Below, one piece after another: positions 29,335-38,930 of a DNA stretch of 64,000 nucleotides (position 1 is the first letter of the stretch; each line of letters begins with the position of its first letter). Under the pieces are notes generated by a model. The model was given only the letters and a program-made list of their open reading frames with translations, made no database searches and was not told the origin of the DNA. Both the position numbers and the translations under genes were made by a program. Source of the stretch: Clostridia bacterium (lineage in GTDB: Bacteria; Bacillota; Clostridia; UBA1212; DUPL01); the NCBI GenBank assembly GCA_050951325.1, contig JBMNIW010000001.1, positions 335,567 through 399,566 of the forward strand. The letters are read 5' to 3'.

Positions 29335-29757
29335 ATGGAAAAGAACAAAAACACAAGCATTAAGCCAAAGGTTGCATTTATTTGCGTCCATAATTCTTGT
29401 CGCAGTCAGATTGCCGAAGCACTCGGTAAACATTTAGCCTCTAATGTTTTTGAAAGCTACTCTGCAGGCACGGAAACAAAAAATTGCATCAACCCTGATG
29501 CAGTAAGGATTATGAAACAACTTTATGGAATTGACATGGAAGAGACCCAGCATCCCAAGCTTTTAGAGGATATCCCCCCTGTGGATATTGTTATTACAAT
29601 GGGATGCAATGTTGAATGTCCATTTCTGCCTTACAGGCACCGAGAGGACTGGGGCTTGGATGATCCGACAGGAAAGAATGATAATGATTTTATTGAAGTT
29701 ATTAAGAAAATTGAAACTAAGATCAAAGACTTAAAATCGACTTTGAGTCCTGTGTAA
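29335..29757 (+). CDS. arsC: Arsenate reductase (LMW-PTP type)
   Basis: FICVHNSCRSQIAE; TMGC...CP; WGLDDP. Confidence 0.92.
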   Translation: MEKNKNTSIKPKVAFICVHNSCRSQIAEALGKHLASNVFESYSAGTETKNCINPDAVRIMKQLYGIDMEETQHPKLLEDIPPVDIVITMGCNVECPFLPYRHREDWGLDDPTGKNDNDFIEVIKKIETKIKDLKSTLSPV

Positions 29758-29776
29758 AACTTATGATAATAGAGCA

Positions 29777-29812
29777 AGACCTCCTATGAAAACCTTAAGG
29801 AGGTCTTTTTTT
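29777..29812 (+). terminator. Terminator of ars operon
   Basis: agacctcc...ggaggtct followed by T-tract. Confidence 0.85.
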
Positions 29813-29856
29813 CATCCAACCTGACCACACAACCTCAAAAACTTACGAAAAATATC
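29813..29856. repeat. Element-end repeat (CATCCAACCTGACCACACAACCTCAAAA family), copy 1
   Basis: Near-identical to 41041-41084 and 57735-57779. Confidence 0.85.
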
Positions 29857-29965
29857 GTTTCAACTGTTCCATACTGTTTGTACTCACACGACAATATATG
29901 CCCACTCGTTTTTTACGCTTTGGAGGAAATGGAGGTATAAAGTGAATTGTTATATTATCGGCCAT
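29843..29965 (-). pseudogene. 5' remnant of a serine recombinase (not in ORF track)
   Basis: MADNITIHFIPPFPPKRKKRVGIYCRVSTNSMEQLK with GGAGG RBS; matches N-terminus of 42725-43651. Confidence 0.85.
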
Positions 29966-30338
29966 AATATGCCTCCATTTTTTGCAGCCCGGTGTAAAGT
30001 CTAATCAATAATATTTTTGCAAAATGAACAATGTAAATTTTACCCAGTTTTTATACCGTATTTATCTGCTTATTCTACCAAACTACTGGTTAATAATACT
30101 CAGCAGTCTTTTCCTTTCAGCCCATGATCATTCAATGAGCAAGTATAATCGCATGACGTAGGCTATTGTCATTCCAGATAATATCCGTACTCCAAAACGC
30201 ATTGATAATGGCATATAAGTACGGGGATAACCTTTTTTGCATATCTGAAAAAGGACGCTCACTGTTATAACCTTTAAAAAATGCTGGAAAAATCAATACA
30301 TCACTTCTCCCGGTGTAGTTATCAGGATAATTCATCAG

Positions 30339-31238
30339 TTATAATATGATACGATTCTCTCTGCACAATGTGCTGCAACTCTGCTGACCCGTATACCCAA
30401 AGTAGTGTTCACTGACTAAAGATAAAATCATTCCACCATTTTTACCATAGCCCACACTGCCTAGGCTTGTTGCTCCTAGATATGCTAAGGATGCATAAAT
30501 AAGACTCATTCCAACCACACAGATTAAGCCTGATTTACTTGTCTCTATAGCTTTTCTTTTAGGATGGATTACGCCTAGCTTTTCTATGTTGGAAATTATG
30601 ACTATAGCAAAAGCAAGGGAAGCTAAGGCATCCATGGTATGATACCCATCTAACAAACCTATAAAAAAGGGTTTTTGATTGTAATCTCCTTGGGCTGGGA
30701 ATTCACTTACTTGCCCCATAGGTTTTAAAAGAGTAGCAAGAATTAATATGGACAAAAGGGCTAAGAAAATTGGAGTAAGGTATTTACCTACCCAATCTAT
30801 TATTCTACTTGGCCTAAGAGAGAAGTATAGGGTTACTGCAAAGAAGATTAAGGAGAATATAAATAAACCAAGTTGAAGATATTCTTTTTTAATAAACGGA
30901 TTTAAACCTACTTCAAAGGCTACACTTGCCGTTCGCGGAATTGCAAATAAAGGACCAATGGTTAGATACAAGGCACAAGTAAAGAATATGGAATATGCCC
31001 TATTAACAGGTTTCGCCATATCGTATAAACTTTCACTTCTAGACAGAGCCGAGGCAATAACACCAAGCAAGGGTAACCCTACTCCAGTTATTAGAAATCC
31101 AATCGTTGCATGTAATGTGTTGCGTCCGGCCAATTGGCCCATCTGAACAGGAAATATCAAATTACCTGCCCCAAAAAATAACCCAAATAACAATGATCCT
31201 ATTAATACACTTGATTTTAAATTAAGTCTTTCTTTCAT
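30339..31238 (-). pseudogene. brnQ: 3'-truncated branched-chain amino acid transporter
   Basis: LFFGAGNLIFP, GPLFAIPRT, GYHTMDALA; 299 aa, with BrnQ-like sequence ending near 30390. Confidence 0.85.
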
Positions 31239-31547
31239 AATATGTCACCCCCTATATTAAATTCCTTTAGGACTAATGTTTAGTAATACATATTTTTAGC
31301 AATCTATATTATGTCTCAAACAACCCATATTAAAACAGGCATGATAGAGGGTACCATATTAAAGTTTTTATATCAAAGATTTTTATATAATGATTAGGGT
31401 GTCAAAAGTATAAGACTTGACACGTTTGCACCTTGAAAATTTAACACAAATCCCCATTATCCATATGTGATGCGGTATAATATAAGCATACACACTACAT
31501 ATGAACAAAAATTTTTACTAAAAAACCTTTTGCGGATATAATTTTCC

Positions 31548-31640
31548 CTACAATTGATGAAAAGCTTGTTGGACAACTCTATCCTTTACAGTAGGTATAC
31601 CGAGGAGTCTGACCCCTCCGTTGTCCTTTTCTATTTCAGT
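31548..31640 (-). pseudogene. Group II intron reverse transcriptase fragment
   Basis: EIEKDNGGVRLLGIPTVKDRVVQQA. Confidence 0.8.
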
Positions 31641-31750
31641 TCTTAACCCAACACTGGTTCGCTTGCGCTTTGCTTCAATAGCCGCCATCACCATCGGATG
31701 GGCAACATGCCCCGCGAACAAAAAGCTCCCCACAACGGGAGAGCTAAACG

Positions 31751-32129
31751 TTAATTATTCCCATATCTTTCTTCTAAATATTTCACAGTGGTACGAATCA
31801 GTGATTCAAGGGCTACCAAGTTAATGTCAGACAGTTTCTTAACATAAATACAAGCCTTCCCCTTGGTAAACTTCCCTAGGTCATTTAACAAGTACTCATG
31901 CTAACCCTACTAAGAACCAATCGCCTTCCTGACTGCTCCTTTCGGATTTATAATGGTAACTGCCAAATCCTATCATCGTATCTCCCCACATCTTAGGAGG
32001 ATTCCCAGTAATCCTTTCCATTATCTTTACAAGTTCATAACTATCCTGACGCTTTTGTTCCGTATTTGCATAAGAGTCTATAAATTCAAAAACATCTCCA
32101 TCGTGCTGCTTTGTCTTTAGTTCTGCCAT
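31751..32129 (-). pseudogene. DUF1801 gene with internal deletion/frameshift
   Basis: PKMWGDTMIGFGSYHY..WFLVG, continuing in another frame as LGKFTKGKACIYVKKL to stop 31751; terminator at ~31720-31746. Confidence 0.8.
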
Positions 32130-32249
32130 AAAAACACATCCCTTAATTTTTATTCCTGAGACCATATACCCAATTATACCACAAATACGTAGTACAAAAT
32201 TAAAAAGGGGCCCTGCGTAATCGCCATAGCCCCAATTTTACATACTCTA

Positions 32250-32612
32250 TTATACCTTTTCGATACCAAGGGCATCTTTCCAGTCCCCTTCTTTGAAGCC
32301 TACTAAAACAAAATTATCCCCCACAAGAATCGGACGCTTTACAAGCATACCATCCGATGCCAGAAGGTTATATTGTTCTTCATCGCTCATAGTAGGGAGC
32401 TTGTCCTTCAGCTTTAGTTCCCTATATAGCATTCCACTAGTATTAAAGAACTTCTTAAGGGGCATACCACTTTTATTATGCCAATCCTTCAGTTCCTGTA
32501 ATGTAGGATTATTTTCTTTAATATTCCTTTCCTCGAAAACTACGTCGTTTTCATTAAGCCACTTCCTAGCCTTCTGGCAGGTAGTGCATTTTGGGTAACA
32601 CACAAATATCAT
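32250..32612 (-). CDS. ArsC/Spx/MgsR (YffB-like) family protein
   Basis: YPKCTTCQKA; FFNTSG..YREL; LVKRPIL. Confidence 0.9.
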   Translation of the reverse strand: MIFVCYPKCTTCQKARKWLNENDVVFEERNIKENNPTLQELKDWHNKSGMPLKKFFNTSGMLYRELKLKDKLPTMSDEEQYNLLASDGMLVKRPILVGDNFVLVGFKEGDWKDALGIEKV

Positions 32613-32660
32613 AATCTTTCCTCCTTTAGTTTCCATCTACCACATTCATAGCAATTCATT

Positions 32661-32951
32661 TTAATTTAAGATTATAAATAGCAAATTCATCATAATCCCT
32701 ATACAGGATAAAATTCTCCAAAAGATATCAGGATAGCCCTTATCTTTACGGATATTACCATTCCATGCCATAATCATAGCAATACAAACCACCAGAGAAA
32801 GGACGGCTGCAAGATATTTTGACATATAGTTACTTACACCACCTAAGTTCCACTGTACGGCTATTTGATCTGGCAGAACAATACACGCCAAGATTGAAGT
32901 AACGAATGTTATCGAAATTACAACTATCTGATATATCTTCTTATTTTTCAT
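32661..32951 (-). CDS. DUF1648-like small membrane protein
   Basis: LPDQIAVQWN..G..NYMSK. Confidence 0.75.
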   Translation of the reverse strand: MKNKKIYQIVVISITFVTSILACIVLPDQIAVQWNLGGVSNYMSKYLAAVLSLVVCIAMIMAWNGNIRKDKGYPDIFWRILSCIGIMMNLLFIILN

Positions 32952-32993
32952 ATAAATTCTCTTCCCTTTCTTTTAAACAAGCGTTATGGTGCT

Positions 32994-33458
32994 TTAATCA
33001 ATGTGTCGAATCATAATAAGGCATGGGTTATCCCTGCCCCATAATTCCGGTAAACATTCTAAGGGTCTAAAACCCACTGATGTATAAAACCTTCTAGTCT
33101 TAGCATAGTATTTGTCTGGATGAGATTCATCTAAGGTCTTTACCTGCAAAAATTCATATCCTTTTTCCTTAGCCCATTGTACAATTTTATTCATCAAAGA
33201 TGTCCCAATCCCTTGATTATGACTATCCGGAATAACACCCATAACGTAAACCTCAGCAGTATATGGAGTATTTTCTTTAATTGCAACAAACCCCAAAACC
33301 TTTGATTCATCGAGTGCTACAAAAAAGGGCATTTTGCTGCTTTCACGAATATAATTTTCTGTAGCTTCTTGTATTCCAAACCAATTAGGCAAGGATTCCA
33401 AAACACTCCTGGATATTTCTTTCTTTTCCTGTTCATCCTTGATTTCTTTAATTACCAT
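32994..33458 (-). CDS. GNAT N-acetyltransferase (paralogue of 24875-25351)
   Basis: LPNWFG; HNQGIGTSL; LQVKTL; NPCLIMI. Confidence 0.9.
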   Translation of the reverse strand: MVIKEIKDEQEKKEISRSVLESLPNWFGIQEATENYIRESSKMPFFVALDESKVLGFVAIKENTPYTAEVYVMGVIPDSHNQGIGTSLMNKIVQWAKEKGYEFLQVKTLDESHPDKYYAKTRRFYTSVGFRPLECLPELWGRDNPCLIMIRHID

Positions 33459-33594
33459 CTACTATCTCCTTATCTAATTTCAAGTACATCGTCCCCTATA
33501 TTCTATCATAACATGACCAAAGAAATATATAAGATTTAGTTAACTCCTTTTATCAGAAAGCTTAACTTTTCGTCGAAAGACGGTTAATTGAAAA

Positions 33595-33663
33595 AGTAAA
33601 CGCAAAATGGAAGTAGTAAATGCAATTTGTAAAAGTAAACGCAATTTGCAAAAGTAAATGCAA
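33595..33663 (+). repeat. Four tandem AGTAAAYGCAA repeats at 19-20 bp period
   Basis: Copies start at 33595, 33615, 33634 and 33653; further copies at 33801, 35332 and 35390. Confidence 0.85.
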
Positions 33664-33830
33664 CGGTAATTTCTGTAAATAACAGAGAAATCGTTGTATT
33701 TTTTGCTGTTTTGCCCTATAATCGAAGGTGAAAGGTGAAGTTTGTATATATTTTGGGACATGACAATCTAACCTTGCGTTTTTCTCGATTTTTACGAAGA
33801 AGTAAACGCAAAGTAATATATTACCATATC

Positions 33831-35200
33831 TGCCTGCCTGGAGTTGCTTTAAGCACTTATTATTTTAGTAGTTGTGGTGTCAAAATAATCTCTTCTGCGG
33901 GTATTTCAACAAGCCCAAGTTTGTTTGCAAGCTCATCACCATATATTGCTTTAAAAACAGCAATAGGTGACTTTTTCCCAAGCCGAGGCCTTGGGTATGA
34001 ATTAACATGGTTTGTTATCATGTCCGTCTTTTTCCGCGTGAGGGCAGAAAAGGACGAGCCTTTAGGCAAAATGTAGCGGAAAAACTCATGGTTCCGTTCA
34101 CATTTTGCCTTTTGGTTTGAATTCATTGGGTCACAGTAGAATACTCTCGTTTGGATTTCCCCTGTATCCTTATTAACTTCTATAGCGACTGGATCGGTGA
34201 ACTCTGTGCCCCTATCAGCTAAGATGCATTTGAAGAGTTTTGAGTATTCAGAATCTGTCAACTTTGATCTCAGCTCATCAAATATCTCTGTAACTGAACG
34301 AGCGGTATTGTAACTGCGGTAGAAGTAGAGCTGTAAATCACAGTTTCTTAACAACAATGACAGGACTACTCCTACTTCGCCTTGTTTTCCTACAATAGAG
34401 TCCATTTCAACAACATTAGGATTATTATTTTGCTCCAGATATTTCTCAAAATCCGTGTAAGTTCTGTCTTTATAACATTGCTTGTCAACTTTTACTGCTG
34501 GTCCTGCTTTTTTGCGTGGCCTTCTTTGGACAGTACGTTGCAAATCAGTTGGCTTTGCTGATAAAAGTCCCTTGTTTACATACTTGTACACACTTCGCTC
34601 TGAAAGATTTAAGACATCTTTTTCATCTGCACATATTGAATGTATAGATTGGCCTTTTTGTAATCTTGGTGAAACTATTTCATCAATACGGTTCAGCTCT
34701 TCACTAGTAACAGAAATGCCTTTCCTAGATTCTGAAAGTTTATCTTGGTAGGCATTTTGCGCTTTTGCAGCATCGTATACATATTTAGAAAGTGGACATC
34801 TTGGCTTCTTTTCACAACTGTTGCAAACGTACGGTGGCGAATCATATTTTTTACAGATCTCTTCTTCAAACTCACTGCAGTAATCGTTGCAACCACCACA
34901 TATTTTGCAATTACGCTTATGTATTGCAGTGCATGTAGGTTTCTTGCATTTACCTGATATCTTGCAATCGAAGCGTTTTAAGCACGCATTTTTGGTTTGC
35001 ATTGTTGTAACATCTTTACGATTGATAAAAACACGATGGTTCTTAACTTCTCTCATAATGGTACTGACTGATCTGCCAAGGCAGATTGCAATGTCTGAGT
35101 AAGACTTACCTTCTTTAAGTAATTGCTGAATACTTATTCTATCCTCAATAGTAAAATGTTTGCCCATGTATTATTACTCCTTTCTTACTCCGGGCAGACA
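33831..35200 (-). mobile_element. IS30-family insertion sequence (core)
   Basis: Imperfect IRs tgcctgcctggagt (33831-33844) and actccgggcagaca (35187-35200) flank the transposase. Confidence 0.7.
33860..35167 (-). CDS. IS30-family transposase with Cys-rich insertion
   Basis: N-terminal HTH (LGRSVSTIMREV); EMDSIVG, ADRGTEF, QKAKCERNH, NSYPR. Confidence 0.92.
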   Translation of the reverse strand: MGKHFTIEDRISIQQLLKEGKSYSDIAICLGRSVSTIMREVKNHRVFINRKDVTTMQTKNACLKRFDCKISGKCKKPTCTAIHKRNCKICGGCNDYCSEFEEEICKKYDSPPYVCNSCEKKPRCPLSKYVYDAAKAQNAYQDKLSESRKGISVTSEELNRIDEIVSPRLQKGQSIHSICADEKDVLNLSERSVYKYVNKGLLSAKPTDLQRTVQRRPRKKAGPAVKVDKQCYKDRTYTDFEKYLEQNNNPNVVEMDSIVGKQGEVGVVLSLLLRNCDLQLYFYRSYNTARSVTEIFDELRSKLTDSEYSKLFKCILADRGTEFTDPVAIEVNKDTGEIQTRVFYCDPMNSNQKAKCERNHEFFRYILPKGSSFSALTRKKTDMITNHVNSYPRPRLGKKSPIAVFKAIYGDELANKLGLVEIPAEEIILTPQLLK

Positions 35201-35460
35201 CTTATATATATACCACATGTTTTAAGATAAAAGTAGTAGCAATTTATATAGGTATCTTTACAAGAATTAGAAAGTTCAGGAGCTAACCAGCAATCTTGTC
35301 CAGTTCAGAGTGCTGTTTGCATTTAAGAAGAGGTAAATGCAAACTAAGCAATGAACAACTGAAGATACTAAACCATAACATGTGGAAGAAGTAAATGCAA
35401 AGAAGCCTTTGCATTTAAAAATTCAAATGACCTTCGTCGAAAGACACTAGATAAGTTTGA

Positions 35461-35488
35461 TTGACATCTTACGGATTGCTGATAAAAT
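35461..35488 (+). promoter_or_regulatory. Sigma-A promoter
   Basis: TTGACA-16 bp-TAAAAT with extended -10 TG. Confidence 0.65.
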
Positions 35489-35542
35489 GGAAGTAGTTTT
35501 AGCATTACACTTTATCCATTGAATAAAAAGGGGGTGTGTGAA

Positions 35543-35998
35543 ATGGTCGACGCAAACGGTGAATTAGAAAAACACGATATTGAGAAAATCGAAAAAGAAA
35601 TGAAAGAGTTCGGCGAAGAACTAGAACTTTTCATATCAAGAATGGGATGGTCCAAAGAGGAAGTCCTTAAGGAATTGGAGGAAATGGAAAGAGATTACGA
35701 GAACGGAGTTCCATTCTCGGATTGTGTAATGATGAACGCTCCAAAGTTCGCAAAACTGAAGCAAATCGAGAGTCTTGCAACACAGTTGCTTGACGAGTTT
35801 GATAAAATTGAAGTATTAGACAAACCGAACTTTCCTCATGGCGATGTCACCATAACCACAGGTTATGCCTCGTGGTTTAATAAACATTTTGAGATACTGT
35901 TACAAATTTTGAATTTGGCAGACGGCGTTACGGTAGAGGGTTATAAAGATATTGCTAGAATCACTTTTAGAGTAAGCCATATCTATAATTCTGTCTAG
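35543..35998 (+). CDS. Acidic hypothetical protein
   Basis: Own promoter, RBS and terminator (agagagggt...accctctct, 35997-36024). Confidence 0.7.
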   Translation: MVDANGELEKHDIEKIEKEMKEFGEELELFISRMGWSKEEVLKELEEMERDYENGVPFSDCVMMNAPKFAKLKQIESLATQLLDEFDKIEVLDKPNFPHGDVTITTGYASWFNKHFEILLQILNLADGVTVEGYKDIARITFRVSHIYNSV

Positions 35999-36075
35999 AG
36001 AGGGTGAAACAAGTTACCCTCTCTTTTATATACTGATTATTAAATATTGAGAGAAAAGAATAAAAACAACTTAAC

Positions 36076-36882
36076 TTAACTAACCTTTTTACTCTCCTTA
36101 TTTCTAAATTTTACTGTTAAGATAATGGATACAACAAGTTCAAAGATAAAAACCATATAAACTTTCCAGTTTAGATCTAGCTGCAGATACCCTTCACTTC
36201 CTATGTATACGGCTAATCCAATACAACCATTGAAAAATGCATGGGTTAGCACACATAAGAATACATTCTTTGTAAATTTGTATAATGCGGTGAAACTGAA
36301 ACTTAGAATAATGGCTAGAACTGTATACATAAAAAAGGGCAGTGCACTTTGTACTGTCCCTGCTATAAACCATAAAGGTAAATGCCAGACACTCCAAACT
36401 ACACCTACAATAAGGACAGAAGTTAAATAGTTAGTCATATTCTCTAGTTTAGGTTGCAAATAGCCACGCCAACCTATTTCCTCAAACCCGCCTCCAATAA
36501 TATAAAGGGGTAGGTTAATAAACATATATAGGATTGAAATGGGTTCTTGGATTCCGAAAGCAAACCAGACAATTAGAAAACGCCAACAAGCAAACAAGCC
36601 AAAGATTAACCATGCTTTCTTATCTTTACTTCCTTTAAAAACTAGGTTAATATAAGTCTTAAATGAAGTTTCTTTGTTAAATTGCCTATAAACTATGTAT
36701 GCACCAATGGGAGGACCTAGAGCACCTATCAACATAGGTATCCAAGTCAATAGCTCCCCATACCAAAGGGCATCAAAAAATCGATTAGCTATAATTATTA
36801 TTAGCCAAAATAGCCAGGATATAGAAAAAGTATATATTAAAAATAATACAATTTCCTTTATGGGCTGTTTTCTTCCAGTCAC
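36076..36882 (-). CDS. CPBP family intramembrane endopeptidase
   Basis: EEIGWRG, WSVWHLP, HAFFN. Confidence 0.9.
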   Translation of the reverse strand: MTGRKQPIKEIVLFLIYTFSISWLFWLIIIIANRFFDALWYGELLTWIPMLIGALGPPIGAYIVYRQFNKETSFKTYINLVFKGSKDKKAWLIFGLFACWRFLIVWFAFGIQEPISILYMFINLPLYIIGGGFEEIGWRGYLQPKLENMTNYLTSVLIVGVVWSVWHLPLWFIAGTVQSALPFFMYTVLAIILSFSFTALYKFTKNVFLCVLTHAFFNGCIGLAVYIGSEGYLQLDLNWKVYMVFIFELVVSIILTVKFRNKESKKVS

Positions 36883-36916
36883 GTTCTTCCTCCTTAATAT
36901 TAGCTAAGATTTTTAG

Positions 36917-37756
36917 CTATCTCAAATATTCATCGAAGTTATTATACTTAACCTCAGTAATCTCAAAATTAAACCAATTAAAATCACCTGTATCTAACTT
37001 CCAGGTAACGTCTCCTTTAGTAGGAATCCATATTCCTTCAAACTCCTTATATTCCCTTACAGGAATTGACCAGGTTTCTAGTCTTATCTCCCCATTAAAA
37101 TCACCATATCTTTCAGCTTCAAAATTAATAACCTGACCCATATCGTTAAACGCAAAAATGCCTGAAGCGGATATATCACCATAAGTCATAGTAGCTTTAG
37201 CGTGATATTGGTCTAACTCTTCCCAAACAATGTATTCATTTAGCGCTGCTGAAGGGAACCAGATGGACTCTGCTAAATATCTTAATAAAGTGCCTTGATC
37301 TATTTCTTTTCCCTTGGAGTCGGCTACAGTAAACAACGAAAGAATTTTGATTAGCATATTTCCTTTGCCATTTTCGTATTTATCTCTTCCCGAAATGTGG
37401 AATAGAGGGGCTGCCTTAATGTTTGCTTTCCATACGAAGCCAGGTTCATCAGTAGTAAAGTATTGTTCTGCTTCCACTGGCATCCATGACTTGTCATTTT
37501 CTAATCTCATTTCTGCTTTTTGCTTAACGTAAACAGATACTATTTTTTCTTTTCCAATAACACCAGAGTATTCAAGCCATTTTTGGACATTAGGAGGTAA
37601 CTCAGATATATCATCCTGGGTTACAATTTCTCCCTTGTTTTTCACCTTGCTAAATAACCCCTTAATCTCCTTCTCAACTTTCTTGTTAAATACATATTTT
37701 GCAATAGCAGAAACAACTAGATATATAGCCAAGAGTACGACTATAGTTATAAGCAC
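36917..37756 (-). CDS. Conserved membrane-anchored hypothetical protein (DUF6544-like)
   Basis: LPPNVQKWL; AEQYF....PGFVW; LLRYLAESIWFP. Confidence 0.7.
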   Translation of the reverse strand: MLITIVVLLAIYLVVSAIAKYVFNKKVEKEIKGLFSKVKNKGEIVTQDDISELPPNVQKWLEYSGVIGKEKIVSVYVKQKAEMRLENDKSWMPVEAEQYFTTDEPGFVWKANIKAAPLFHISGRDKYENGKGNMLIKILSLFTVADSKGKEIDQGTLLRYLAESIWFPSAALNEYIVWEELDQYHAKATMTYGDISASGIFAFNDMGQVINFEAERYGDFNGEIRLETWSIPVREYKEFEGIWIPTKGDVTWKLDTGDFNWFNFEITEVKYNNFDEYLR

Positions 37757-38037
37757 AATCTTTAATATTTTTATGTAAATCTACCTCCCATTCATTTTTA
37801 CCACAAACCACATCAATACATACTATTAACTAATATATATCTCATTACCCACAATTCCCATCTTCTTTAATGATACAATATATTTGGTTATTTGTATATG
37901 TTTGGATGATATCCTAAACAAACTTTAGCGTTAAAATAAAATAAGCAGGAACAAAGCCGCTAAACCCACATCCTGCCTACCTATATTATCTGAATTAATG
38001 ACAACAACTGTAAAATGTATGATTCAAGGTATTAACA

Positions 38038-38634
38038 CTACTGATTGTTCTTTGAACTTAGCTTTTTCTTTAATAGCCAACCAATTAACAATCCAACTAG
38101 GATACCAATGGCATGGGCAGGACCTCCCACAGATACCTGAGGGTTCTGTATCGTTAATATTGCATTTACAACAAATAATGCTATTAACCAGTATTTAGAT
38201 TTAGACTTTAGAATTATTGCATTAGGCTGAAGCATAACATAAGTAGCCACTATTCCAAAAGATGCTGCTGAAGCTCCTGCAATTAGTCCGCCATTATATC
38301 CAATTAGTGAAGCATATACTAAAACTGATAAGCTACCAATAAACCCACAAAGGATATACGCTATGTAAACTACTTTTGCATTTGTTTCTTTATAAAGCTC
38401 AGTTCCAAAGACAAGAACCAAAAACATGTTTAATAGAATATGTATTAGTAGTTCATGAGAGAAAAAGACAGTTATTAAGGTCCATGGTTTTTCTAAAGCT
38501 ATTTTAGGTTCAGCATTTAGCAGAAAAACATCACGAAGATCTGGAAAGGCATTTAAAGCGATAAAGACAATTATATTGATACATATGAGTATCAATACAG
38601 CATAGTTTTTATTAAAATATTTTTTTAGACTCAT
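38038..38634 (-). CDS. Rhomboid-family intramembrane serine protease
   Basis: PWTLIT.FFSH, HILLNM, GASAA, AHAIG. Confidence 0.88.
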   Translation of the reverse strand: MSLKKYFNKNYAVLILICINIIVFIALNAFPDLRDVFLLNAEPKIALEKPWTLITVFFSHELLIHILLNMFLVLVFGTELYKETNAKVVYIAYILCGFIGSLSVLVYASLIGYNGGLIAGASAASFGIVATYVMLQPNAIILKSKSKYWLIALFVVNAILTIQNPQVSVGGPAHAIGILVGLLIGWLLKKKLSSKNNQ

Positions 38635-38930
38635 TTTATCTCCTCCAATACTTATTGTTGCCACTATATCATTATGCAAATATTATAATAAATCCATATT
38701 TTGATGACAATTACTCAAGAAAAAAACCCGTCTTCCGTCATAAGGTACTAGTATAATCCGTAGTTCCAAAATAGATATGCATTGTTATTAACTTATAAAC
38801 CTTGAAAAACCTACGTTTTATTTGTGTTTACACCAGAAAAATCTGGTGTTTTTTTCTTGCAAAAAAATTTATGTATGATATAATAATAGTACTTCATAGT
38901 ACCCTGAAAACGGAGGATTAACATGGCATA

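Noticed and set aside
30086-30110. Degenerate HVECVVL-like arm (gactgctgagtattattaacc) upstream of the recombinase remnant
   Set aside because: Lacks the HVE core and may simply be the end of a gene fragment; too weak to call
31548-31733. Retron, DGR or active group II intron
   Set aside because: Only ~30 codons of RT remain; no YADD motif, intron RNA ends or template repeats seen
33595-33663. Possible CRISPR or plasmid replication origin
   Set aside because: 11-bp units with ~8-bp gaps are too short for CRISPR and no rep gene is nearby; kept only as an IS-associated array
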